Below are positions 20,841-32,469 of a stretch of 64,000 bases of DNA, one piece after another. Made by a program: the position numbers and the translations under genes. Position 1 is the first letter of the stretch; each line of letters starts with the position of its first letter. The stretch is from Octopus vulgaris (Eukaryota): the NCBI GenBank assembly GCA_951406725.2, contig OX597820.1:59644001-59708000 (forward strand), in the 5' to 3' direction. A model generated the notes under the pieces. It ran no database searches, was not told the origin of the DNA, and was given only the letters and a program-made list of their open reading frames with translations.

Positions 20841-23800
20841 GATGATGAAAATCACGGAGAGGATCATAGCCCAACTTATTAGGAAAAGACTTAATCTAGA
20901 TGAGATGCAATTTGGTTTTGTATCAGGAAGAAACACCAGTCATGATATATTTCTGGTAAGAAACCCCAGGAGAAGTACCTAACCAAGTATAAACCTATGT
21001 ACTTGACTTTTGTTGGTATCATAATCATTCAGGTAATAACAGATAAATATAAAACAGGCAGACCCTAGCAACTCCTCTATGCTGATTACAGGATTACAAC
21101 TAAACACACATATATTACAATTTATTACATTACATTCAATTCGCCATATATTATTCATTTTATTATCCATCATCTTTCCCTTCACATTTCAGGTATACTG
21201 AAGACCCTTTACTCATTGCTTCAGACTGCATAAAATATTGGTGAAAGCAAACAGTTGTCAGACTTATTTATGACAAAAAGCGAGTCAGTATGACCAACGT
21301 ACCCTGTCCTGCACCTGATTGTGCCATGAGTTGGCCTGTAAACAATCCATGGGAGAGAGTACTGACAAGCCTCATCGATCATCTGCAACAATGACACAGA
21401 ATGTATGCACCTGCCACCTACAACAAATACAACCCCCTCCTCCAACTACACTACCATTCCCAGCCACTGAGGAAAAACGTTGTCGCCTGAGGAAGTAGCT
21501 GCTACAATACTACAGCTCCAGCACATTCAACGTCTGCAACCATCGGCAATTCTCCAAGATGTCTGACCAACCGATCCGCTTAATGCTAAACCAGTCGCCC
21601 ACCATACGCCCATACCAGTCCTGGTTCATTGGCAAGAGGAAGTAAAAGCAGGTCTCGACCGGAATGTTCCACTTGGAGTTATCAAGCCTATTCCCATTGG
21701 TACATCTGTCAATTGGTGACAGACAATGGTGGTATGTCCTAACAGGTCTGGAAAACCATCTTAAAGGAGCATCGAATGGCGCACAGGCACTTAACACTGC
21801 CCTATCAGCTATGAGCTGACATTGTACCTTCTTCCACAATTGGGGAGAATCACCGCCATTGCATTTCCCCATGACAACTGCCGCGCCAAAGTCGGTATTG
21901 AGACAATAAAGGGCCTCGTTACAGACAACACTGACACCAATGGCTTCCTTAACACTGACAGTTTCCAGTGCACAATGCTACAATAAAGAAATACACCTGA
22001 CTGGGACACACACTTGTCCCCAGCCATGTGCATCTTTGGCAGCCCTATACAATACTTTATTCCCATCCATCCCGGCAAGTACAAGCTACATTCCACATGG
22101 CATGAAACTATGACTTATTGAAAAGAAGACCTGCGTAAACACAACATGAGTGCTACTGAACGGTTGTCAAAACACACATGCTCACTTCTTTCGAACTATG
22201 TCCTAATCCAGAGCCAAGTTTGACCCAATCCTACAAATGGGGGGGAAAACTGGTGCCATTTAGATGTACGTCATTTCAATCTGTACATGTTGAGAGTGGA
22301 TGGATCAGGCTGAGTCACACTGTGCAACAAAATTCCTCTGGAAGTATCTACTGCTTCTTCCCCATGGCCCACTGCTCATGGTGTCTGGACCACATGCGTT
22401 CCCTACGCCAACACCAGTGATGAGACTACCTTCTCAACCCACTTTAACAGCACCTCATGCAGCTGCAACACCAATGCCCACTTCCCGACTCCAAAATTAC
22501 CATGACCAGAAATGCATCTCACCGCCTACCCACAGAGCCACGCCAACTTACCCCCACCTTTACCACAAGTGGTCATACCCCAACACCCCTTGAAACCCCT
22601 GCCCTCCAAGAGCGACCCCTGCCTGATGCAGTTTATCCCCCATCCAGCAATTGTCCTGTTAGTCGCTCTGCCAGACTCACAAAGACTAAAAGCCTGATGC
22701 ATAACTGACACGTTGCTCCTTGATCGTCACACCGTCAATATTGATTAAGGGTCTCTTGCACTAATTATTATTTTCGTTAATCATTTAATACATATTATTA
22801 GTCTTCTTTGCTTCTCTCAAAGGAATTGGGGAGGGCATAGAGGATGACAACTGAACACTCATATATTATCATTTATTACATTACATTCAATTAGCCATAC
22901 ATTATTCGTTTCATTATCCAAATATTTTCCTTCACGTTTCAGGTATACCGAGGACCTTTTTTGTCATTGCTTCAATCAGTGTACATAAAGTGTTTGTGAA
23001 AGCAAAGAGTTTTCACACTTATTTACTAATGAGCTTCTTCTTATAGGTAAATCACTACCAGAACTAGAAAACAAATTTTGCATACGGAAGCAAGGTCTAG
23101 AATTGAAAGGTCACAGAATTAACCTACCCAACCATAACCCAAAGTCTTAGTAAGTAGGAAAACAGATAAATCGTAAAGCCCTTCAGGTACATGGCCATCC
23201 TCAATATGAAGGAAACAGGAAGGTAGATGTACTCTGTATAACACATAATAGGTGTAGCAATATCAGAGGAAGGTAAACTGGGAAAATATTTTTTGCATGT
23301 GGAAGGTGCACATGTACAGTAAACACTAAAAGTGTACAGAAAATGGGCTTCATCAAATACCAGAGGAGTACGATAAAGATTGTTGAGCAACAAAGTCAGT
23401 AACAGAGGTGGATGAACCAAGAGTGTGGCTGCAAGAATAAAAATAGGCTGAGCAAATTCAGAGAGCTCCTTCCTCTGTTTGGTAACTAAGGTTCTCTCCT
23501 TCAGAGTGAAAGCCATATTTATTATACCTGTGCAGACAACTATGCTACATGGCAGAAGAAGTAGACATAAGAAGGCATTGGACAAGGTGGTAATGCATGA
23601 TCTTTGACTGTTGAAACTTATAAAGGCAATGACTAATGACCGACACCTTTCATGACATGCCGTGCCTTAGAAGACAATATATTGTAATTAATTTCCCATC
23701 AATTAATTTTTTTCACAACCCCTGCCCACAACACTTATGGAGTGCTTGATGTTAAGAAGAACATCCAGCCATAGAAACAATGACAAATCAGACTGGAGTC

Positions 23801-23891
23801 TGCTGCACACCCTCAGCTTACCAGCCCTGATGAAACTGTCCAACACATGCCAGCATAGATAATGGACATTAAATGATGATGATGATGATGA
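20841..23891 (+). mobile_element. Old RTE LINE (RT to GAT tail), interrupted by an LTR element
   Basis: Colinear with the RTE at 27028-29247 (atgatgaaaatcacggagagg..., ctcctctatgctgat, ...ttaaatgatgatgatg). Confidence 0.8.
21087..23025 (+). mobile_element. Internally deleted Ty3/Gypsy LTR retrotransposon (LTRs about 21087-21270 and 22838-23025)
   Basis: Direct repeats of about 185 bp, with a purine-rich PPT-like tract before the 3' LTR. Remnants of RT N-terminus (VHWQEEVKAGLD...LGVI) and integrase ([21 protein letters not shown]...SPAMCIFG). TSD-like ctgat/ctaat. Confidence 0.75.
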
Positions 23892-26013
23892 CAATTCTTT
23901 TTGTAAAACTTTTGCATTTTATGCTGAACATCTACTTTAAAGTTAATTTTATACATTGAATTTTCATTTCCAGTGAAATCAATTTTAATATTTCAAATTC
24001 AAAAATATTTAACAAAATATTATGAGAAACTGAAGCAATTACTACTTCTATATTTGTAAAAACAAAAACAAAAAGAAAGAAATAGAGGAAAATGAGCAAA
24101 ATTGTGCTAAAGTGAAAGTAAGAAACAGAATACTGTGTAAGGCAAGAGACAACTGTATTTTATGAAAGTACCATATTGCATAAACACAAAAAAGAAACTA
24201 TTGCAGAGGGAATTAAACTGAAACAGATATCAACATGATACACACAACCCATGCTAGTATGGATAAAATGATTAGATATTTCTGTCGAGAGAAAATTCAA
24301 TGACAATCTTATGCAACCAACAATAACCTCAAATTTATCAGATTATTGTAGATGAGCAACAACTCAAGAAAACCTGTCAAAATTCTATGTTCTTACAATG
24401 AATTAATTGCAAGTATTTAAGTATGTAGACAACATAATTTCATGTTTTATATGCATCAATACATGTGTAAAAATAAGTCTCATACCTACGTTCATTTTTC
24501 CATCCTAGCATGAGTTTGAAAAATATAAGATTTAATAGTTGGGTAACGTTGTCGTAGCTAATGCTAATTTTCTACTAAAGGTTTTCTTTTTCTTTCAAAG
24601 TGCAGTTGTAACAAATGATACATTTGTACACAAACATGACAAAAGTAAATAGATACCCATTAACACATTGTTATTATAACTTGAAGAGGTTTATATTTTT
24701 TTTATTAATTTACATTTATATGTTTCAGGTTCTATATGTAACTGTTTAATCATGCCATGTACAAAAGAAGCCTTAAAAATGTCCAATTTACAAAGAGGCC
24801 ATATGCTGCACCTATTTCAAGGCTGACTTAGCCTAAAACCACAGAAAACATTGTGATTCTACTTTCTACAGTAAATAGAGTAATTTTTCAATTCACTAAA
24901 CGGGAAAGTAGTCCATATCACCTTACCCAGGTAGACTAAGGCCCTCTGACAACACTTTGCTTTCTTAAGAGAAGTGTGTAAGATAATCCTCATTGCAAGG
25001 CCTCCAATATAGCAGAATAAGTTGATGTCAGTCCCAGAATAGCTGTCAGTTATCTCCGCAAAATTGGCTATTATGGCAGAGCAGCAAGAAAGAAGACACT
25101 GCTTCGACCAGCCAATATCAAATGGAGAAAAGATTGGACAAGTGAAATGGTAGAGAGGTCACTAGCACTTTGGGACACTGTCAAATTCTCTGATGAATCC
25201 AGATTTGCTGTATTTTCTGACACTGGTTGAATGTGGGTCTGGAGAATCAGTCACCAATATTTTCACGTGAATATATTGCAGCCAACAATGAAACATGAGA
25301 TGGTCTGGAGAGCAGTTTGGAGCAATAGTCAATCAGAAATGGTGGAATGTGAGGGATACATAAACTCAGATAAATGTGTCCATATTATAGAAAAATCTTC
25401 TTCCTATAACCCCCAGGGGTAAAATGGGTCCAACCCATGCTAGCATGGAGAACGGACGTTAAACGACGATGATGATGTTGCATGTGGATATATGTTGCAT
25501 GCAAGTAAGGTGGAGAGGAGGTTCTTCTAGGTTCCTCACCGGCAAGGAACACAGGTACAAGATTTTCTGGGCAGGGAACACTGACGGGGTTGGAGGCGTG
25601 GGTATACTTATCACTGAGAAATGGGTAGATAAAGTAATTGAGGTAATCAGAGTATGCGACAGAATACTTAAGATTAGATTAGCGCTTCATCATAGTTTAG
25701 CAACCATATCAGCCTATGCTCCTCAGTCGGGGCTATCTGATGGACAGAAAGACCGATTCTATGACACTCTACTGCAGACTACCTCGTTGACGAACGACAG
25801 AGACCTTCTCTTTGTGGCTGGTGACTTCAATGGTCACGTTGGACAACATGCTGGGGGCTTCCATGGCGTACATGGAGGCTATGGCTCTGGTTCCTGCAAC
25901 AACCAGGCTGCTGGAGTTCTGCGATGCAAATAATCTTATGATTTGCAACACTAACTTCAGGAAACCTACCAGCCACCTAGTCACCTACCGATCGGGCCAA
26001 CATACCAGCCAAA

Positions 26014-28425
26014 TTGACTACATCCTTCGCCAGGCAAAGGGAGAGATGGCTACTTATAAATGCCAAAACCTTCCCAGGCGAAGAATGCACCCCACAACAT
26101 AGACTGGTAGTTAGTGACTTTAGGATCAGGAGTAGGAGGACAACCAGAAGACGACCAACATGGAGAAGAAGGATCTGGAAGCTTAAGGATCCTGTGAATG
26201 GACAGAGATTTAGAGACATGTTACTTGAAGCCTTTGACAAAGTAGAAGGGGATAGAGTATCACATGGGGTAGAGGGCAACTGGACGTTTCTAAGGGACAA
26301 CCTGCTGAGAGCCACTGACCAGATCTGTGGCTGGTGCAAGATCCCCTCTCGTCCCAAGGTAACGTGGTGGTGGAACAGTGTCGTAGACAGGGCTATTAGA
26401 GAAAAGAGACAGACTTGGAAGCACTGGAAGAATGGTGGTAGCAGGGAATTGTATCAGACTGCTAAAAGGGAAGCTAGGAGACAGGTCTATCTAGCCAGAG
26501 GGGAAGCAGATAAGAAAAAATTTGCCAATGTTCTGCGCCGTGAGGACCAAAGACTGGAGGTGCTTCGCGTTGCAAGACGGTGTGTGAGAGAGAATTGTGA
26601 TGTGGTGGGAGAGAAGTGTGTTCGCATGGAAGATGGTTCACTTGCGCTAAACAAGGATGCAAAGAGAGAGGCTTGGCGATGCCACTATGAAAGGTTGCTG
26701 AATAAAGAAAATGAATGGGATAAAGAGAGTCTGCCGAACGTTGACCCAACAGAGGGACCAGCTATCAGGGTTGATAGTTCCTTGGTAGCTAAGGCAATTA
26801 GAAGCATGAAGACAGGGAAAGCCCCAGGCCCATCAGGTATCACTGCAGAGATGCTCAAAATATCTGGTAGTGTCGGCTATAGCCTAGTCACCTGTATAGT
26901 TAATCAGGTGATACATGAAGGAGTCATACCCTATGACTGGTGTAGCAGCATAATAGTCAACTGCTACAAAGGTAAAGGTGATGCCCTAGATACAAATAAT
27001 TACAGGGGTATCAAGCTGTTGGATCAGATGATGAAGGTTACAGAGAGGGTCATAAGCCAACTAATTAGAGAGAGAGTTAGTTTAGATGAGATGCAGTTTG
27101 GGTTCGTTCCAGGGAAAAGTACCACTGATGCTATATTCCTGGTAAGGCAGCTGCAGGAGAAATACCTAGCCAAAGATAAGCCCCTGTACCTGGCTTTTGT
27201 TGACATGGAGAAAGCCTTCGACAGGGTCCCCCGATCCCTCATATGGTGGTCAATGAGGAAACTAGGAATAGATGAATGGTTAGTGAGAGCTGTGCAAGCC
27301 ATGTACAGGGACGCTGCTAGTAAGGTGAGGGTTGGCAATGAGTACAGTGAAGAATTCCGGGTAGAGGTTGGGGTCCACCAAGGCTCAGTCCTCAGCCCCC
27401 TCCTATTTATCATAGTCCTCCAGGCAATAACGGAGGAATTCAAGACAGGATGCCCCTGGGAGCTCCTCTATGCTGATGACCTTGCTCTAATTGCTGAATC
27501 ATTATCAGAACTGGAGAAGAAGTTTCAGGTGTGGAAGCATGGTTTAGAATCGAAGGGCCTTAGAGTCAACCTAGCTAAAACCAAAGTCATAATAAGTAGG
27601 AAGGTAGACAAATCACAAACGCCTTCAGGTAGATGGCCCTGCTCGATCTGTAGAAAAGGTGTAGGTAGAAACTCTATAAGATGCACCAAGTGTAAGCTAT
27701 GGACACATAAGAGGTGCAGCAATGTCATAGGAAGGCTAACTAGGAAGATGGTTTTTGTATGTGGTAGATGCTCGGGAGCATTAACCTCTGAAAATCTGCA
27801 GAAAACAACTTCCGTCACTTTCCAGGGGGAAAAACTAGAAGTAGTTGATAGCTTCCGTTATCTTGGTGACCAAGTCAGTAGTGGGGGTGGGTGTGCTGAA
27901 AGTGTAACGGCTAGAGTAAGAATAGCCTGGGCAAAGTTTAGGGAGCTCTTACCTCTGTTGGTGACTAAAGGCCTCTCGCTCAGAGTAAAAGGCAGACTGT
28001 ATGATGCATGTGTACGAACAGCCATGCTACATGGCAGTGAAACATGGGCCGTGACTGCTGAGGACATGCGTAAGCTCGCGAGAAATGAAGCTAGTATGCT
28101 CCGTTGGATGTGTAATGTCAGTGTTCATAGTCGACAGAGTGTAAGTACCTTGAGAGAAAAGTTGGACCTAAGAGGCATCAGATGTTGTGTGCAAGAGAGA
28201 CGATTGCGCTGGTATGGTCATGTGGCGAGAATGGATGAAGATAGGTGTGTGAAAAAGTGCCACACCCTGGCAGTTGAGGGGACCTGTGGAAGAGGTAGAC
28301 CCAGGAAAACCTGGGTCGAGGTGATGAAGCACGACCTTCGAACTCTAGGTCTCACCAAGGAAATGACCAGAGACCGAGACCTATGGAAGTATGCTGTGCG
28401 TCAGAAGACCCGGCAAGACCAGTGA
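26014..28425 (+). CDS. RTE ORF: RT domain with a downstream PHD-like zinc finger (open 803-codon portion of a frameshifted ORF)
   Basis: NYRGIKLL, QFGFVPGKST, FVDMEKAFDRV, GVHQGSVLSPLLF, LYADD, RRLRWYGHVARM. Confidence 0.85.
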   Translation: MTTSFARQRERWLLINAKTFPGEECTPQHRLVVSDFRIRSRRTTRRRPTWRRRIWKLKDPVNGQRFRDMLLEAFDKVEGDRVSHGVEGNWTFLRDNLLRATDQICGWCKIPSRPKVTWWWNSVVDRAIREKRQTWKHWKNGGSRELYQTAKREARRQVYLARGEADKKKFANVLRREDQRLEVLRVARRCVRENCDVVGEKCVRMEDGSLALNKDAKREAWRCHYERLLNKENEWDKESLPNVDPTEGPAIRVDSSLVAKAIRSMKTGKAPGPSGITAEMLKISGSVGYSLVTCIVNQVIHEGVIPYDWCSSIIVNCYKGKGDALDTNNYRGIKLLDQMMKVTERVISQLIRERVSLDEMQFGFVPGKSTTDAIFLVRQLQEKYLAKDKPLYLAFVDMEKAFDRVPRSLIWWSMRKLGIDEWLVRAVQAMYRDAASKVRVGNEYSEEFRVEVGVHQGSVLSPLLFIIVLQAITEEFKTGCPWELLYADDLALIAESLSELEKKFQVWKHGLESKGLRVNLAKTKVIISRKVDKSQTPSGRWPCSICRKGVGRNSIRCTKCKLWTHKRCSNVIGRLTRKMVFVCGRCSGALTSENLQKTTSVTFQGEKLEVVDSFRYLGDQVSSGGGCAESVTARVRIAWAKFRELLPLLVTKGLSLRVKGRLYDACVRTAMLHGSETWAVTAEDMRKLARNEASMLRWMCNVSVHSRQSVSTLREKLDLRGIRCCVQERRLRWYGHVARMDEDRCVKKCHTLAVEGTCGRGRPRKTWVEVMKHDLRTLGLTKEMTRDRDLWKYAVRQKTRQDQ

Positions 28426-28469
28426 GAACAATCAAAATCAAATCATATATCAGAAAGCAGGGGTTAAGT

Positions 28470-29085
28470 GACCCATCCGTTCGTGTCCGCTGTCAGCCTC
28501 GTCTGGCACCTGTGCCGGTGATACATAAAAGCACCATTCGCTCGTGGCTGTTTGCCAGCTCTGCCTGGCCCCCGTGTCGGTGGCACGTAAAAGCACCATC
28601 CGTTCGTGTCCGTTGCCAGCCTCAGCTGGCCCCCGTGCCGGTGACACGTAAAAGCACCGTCCGTTCGTGGCCGTTCACCAGCTCTGTCTGGCAACCGTGT
28701 CGGTGGCACGTAAAAGCACCATCCGTTCGCGTCCGTTGCCAGCCTCGGCTGGCCCCCGTGCCGGTGACACGTAAAAGCACCGTCCGTTCGTGGCCGTTTG
28801 CCAGCTCTGTCTGGCCCCGTGTCGGTGGCACGTAAAAGCACCATCCGTTCGTGTTCATTGTCAGCCTCGGCTGGCCCCCGTGCCGGTGACACGTAAAAGC
28901 ACCGTCCGTTCGTGGCCGTTTGCCAGCTCTCTCTGGCCCCGTGTCGGTGGCACGTAAAAGCACCATCCGTTCGTGTCTGTTGCCAGCATCGCCTGGCCCC
29001 GTGCCGGTGACACGTAAAAGCACCATCCGTTCATGGCCGTTCGCCAGCTCTGTCTGGCACCTGTGCAGGTGGCACGTAAAAAACA
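28470..29085 (+). repeat. About 61-bp tandem repeat (10 units, alternating A/B) in the RTE 3' UTR
   Basis: AAAAGCACC anchors at about 28527, 28589, 28650, 28712, 28773, 28834, 28895, 28956, 29016 and 29078. Confidence 0.9.
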
Positions 29086-29854
29086 CCCACTACACTCGCA
29101 GAGTGGTTGGCGTTAGGAAGGGCATCCAGCCATAGAAACACTGCCAGATCTGACTGGGCCTGACGAAGCCTTCCAGCTTCACAGACCCCAGTTGACCCGT
29201 CCAACCCATGCTAGCATGGAAAGCGGACGCTAAATGATGATGATGATTTATGGAAGATAGGGCTTTCTTGCACAACTAAAAGACCCAGGATTGGTTGGAA
29301 GAGAATGGCATTAAAAAGCTTCCATAGCTAAGCCAATCACCAGATATGAACCCTACTGAACACCTCTGAGGCATGATGGATGGGATACTTCCTAAAAAGA
29401 AAAAGAAAGCATCCTTAAAGCCAGATCTTTTGATATTACTGCAAGAAACTTGGCAAGAAAATCATGAAGAGAATATTCATCAGATCAGTAGCATGCCTGC
29501 TAGGGTCCTTGCATTCAAAAATGCAAGGAGCCTGTCTACTAAATATTAGATATTCACATTATAATAATTAATAAATAATTTAAATAAATTTTAACAATTA
29601 TAAGGATGTCTATTTAATTCCGTCATGTCTATGTAGTTTTTGAAGCAAAACACAATGGAAACATTAATATTAAGACCTTTTCAAAAATCTCTCTCAAACA
29701 TTTCATGCACACTAAGATTTTATTGACATTCATTCAAATTCACTCATTCCAACATGAAACAATTTTTTCCATCAAAAACTTTGTGATGTTTTCACTTTCT
29801 CTAATTTGATCTAGATCCTCTAAGTGTCTCTAATGCATTCATGCCTTGATTTCA

Positions 29855-30420
29855 ATTTGTTGCCTAGATTTTTCCTCAGGGCCAACTCACCAAACAGAAA
29901 TTAATGAGACCTAATTGCCTTTCATCTTGATCACATAAATACTCCCACATATTTGGTGCTCAAATACAGCATGCTCCACACTAGGAGATTGACAGTTACC
30001 CAGTATATGCAAAAATCGAACACATTTGCAGTACTAAACAAGCCATTACTATTGCATTTTCTGGCTTCATGTTTCCCAATTATATCCCAAATTTTTTTAT
30101 CTCTGCAAATGCTTTCATTGAAATCACCAAATATGAAGATTTTATAAGCAGAAAGAACACTGCACAGAAGCTTTTTTCATTAAAGATAAAATATTAGTTT
30201 TATTTTTCTCTTCAGAGGAACACATGGTTGGAGGGTAGACACTTACTAAGGTAACAAATCTCTTGTTTGACAATGGCAATCTCACTGACATCAAGGTAAT
30301 CAGTAAATCCAAAGAGTTCATAATCTTAGATGCCAATATTTCACAAACATTCAATGGTCTGTACTCTCTTGCAGTAGCAAGATGACACATAGGCCCAGGC
30401 TGCAATACTGTGGGACACCT
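29855..30420 (-). pseudogene. Very degenerate RTE-like fragments (endonuclease and C-terminus)
   Basis: LMSVRLPLSNKRFVTLVSVYPPTMCSSEE is EN-like; LFGELA is C-terminal-like. Confidence 0.5.
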
Positions 30421-31424
30421 TCCAAGCCAGACCTTTCACTATCCATTCTACATCCCTTCTTTACATTACTCTAAATTATTTTGATTTTTCAATGAGTATT
30501 TTGCACTTTTTGTCAAGTTACCTATAACATGCATCACATAATTGATATGGTGTATACACACACATGCAATAAGCTTCATATAGTTCCCATCAACGACTTT
30601 CACTAAAAATGCATTTGTTGATCCCTACCTATAGTCGAAGACTCTTGCCCAAAATGCCACAGTAGAACTAGACCCTAAACCATGGCATTGGGAAACAAAC
30701 ATATTTTACATTTGCAAACATATATATCTTATGGAAATTGTTCAATATACACAGAGAAACAGGTGTTCAATGTACAAACAGCTGTGGTTAACTAACAGAA
30801 AACTTAAATTAACAAAAAAGTTATGTACTTACATACAGGTGAAGCTTCGCATGGGGATACTTGTTTTGGTAAAATATACATGTATAAACTGTTGTGGTGA
30901 GAGTCATTGGCACCCCTATGGGATTGGAAGAATGGACTAGCAAAACTCTTATAAAAAAATTAGCATATTGGTTGAGACAAAGAGAGTCATTGGGAGTTCA
31001 TGGAAGTTGTTGACATTGTTCAGAGTTTCTATTTATTAGAGTATTGTGTTTAGTGGAGTAATCTGAAGTAGGTTGTGTGAAGACAGTTGTGTCTATCCCC
31101 GCTTCGTGAAATTTGCATATCCAATATATAGAAGGATATAAAATAAACAAAAGTTCGCATGTAAACCAATAAGTGTAATCATTCATTTTTTAACCCTGAA
31201 AGTAAAAATGAAAAACATCCTAATAGTAGCGAAAGGAAAATTTTGGCTTTAATATCAGTTCACTACTCTTTATTTGAAGTGACAAGCAGCCAAGTATTAT
31301 ACAAATGGAAACTTTTACATGTCTCAGGAAAGATATAAATGCAAGCAATGTGAGACCAACTTTCATTAAAACTACACAAGAAATTCATCAAAATTCATTC
31401 ACAGATTTTATTCTATTAAACTTA

Positions 31425-31615
31425 AGATGGTGGAGAGGCACAATTGTTAGAGTGTTGGCAAAATACCTTCCAGTATTTCTACCAGCTCTTTATATTCTAG
31501 TTTCAAAACCTGTTGAGGCTAACTTTGTTTCTCTTCCTTTCATGGTTGATAAAAGTGCAAGTCAAGTAATAAGATCAATTTAATCAATTAACCACTTCCT
31601 CTAAAATTTGAGGCA
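31425..31615 (+). mobile_element. Degenerate SINE of a second family
   Basis: Diverged match to 44590-44760. Confidence 0.5.
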
Positions 31616-32228
31616 TTCCCCTGTTTTACAAACATGACCAATTAATCAAATGACTTGGGAAAAATAAATCTGCATGTTAGGAAACAGGATAGCTTTCCTG
31701 TCATTCAAATATTCGTGAAATTTACAATATACCATAATTTCAGCAATTCACATAGTCATATTGTAAGAGAGTTCATCATCATTTCACTAAAGATGCATAC
31801 ACTAATATAGAAACTGATATTAATTAAGAAATCTTAACCATAAACAATATTTTTTATGCTATTTCACCAATGAGCAACTAATAAGGCAGAGTTTAAATCC
31901 ATGCTTCCTTCACCAGTTTATCATATGGCTCTCAATCCATTCAAGCCTTTATTGCAAAACAGCTCAGTTTGCTAATTCTTTACAAAGGGCAGTACAGGTG
32001 AGAAACATAAAATGGACAAAATGAGTGATGAGTAGCAATAAAAAAACATAAGCATCTATCTATTTATCTATATATCTATCAAGCTATCAAGCAGTCTATC
32101 TTTCTAGGTGTTTGGTAGTTGGTATGTCTATTCTTCTTCTGACTCTATCTATTTCTGTCTATATATTTATCTATGTTACAATCTGCTTCTCTCTCTCTCT
32201 CTAAATATATATATATATATATATATAT

Positions 32229-32280
<52 letters not shown>

Positions 32281-32469
32281 TGGCAAGGTAACAATCATGT
32301 ATACAACTCGAACTGACACATAAACATACGTTCGCAAGTACATACACGTCTATTTCTCCTAAATACTCACATACGTAAGTACATAAGTACATACATACAT
32401 GCGTATAGGCATGCGCACATACATGTACACATATACATACATACATGCGTACGTACATATATATCATGA

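Larger units (their letters stand above)
25428..29247 (+). mobile_element. RTE-clade LINE, slightly 5'-truncated: APE endonuclease + RT + 3' UTR + (GAT)n tail
   Basis: EN motifs (SAYAPQ, AGDFNGH, SQIDY) lie across frameshifted ORFs 25469 and 25812, followed by the RT ORF 26014..28425. Confidence 0.95.
24750..29560 (+). mobile_element. Degenerate Tc1-like transposase split by an RTE insertion (24750-25426 and 29248-29560)
   Basis: GYYGRAARKK...KFSDESRF before the insertion; SQSPDMNPTEHL...SMPARV...STKY* after it. Confidence 0.75.

Noticed and set aside
25977-28067. Antisense ORFs over the RTE and other elements
   Set aside because: Shadow ORFs opposite real coding frames.
28470-29085. CRISPR-like array
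   Set aside because: Pure tandem units with no unique spacers, inside an RTE 3' UTR.
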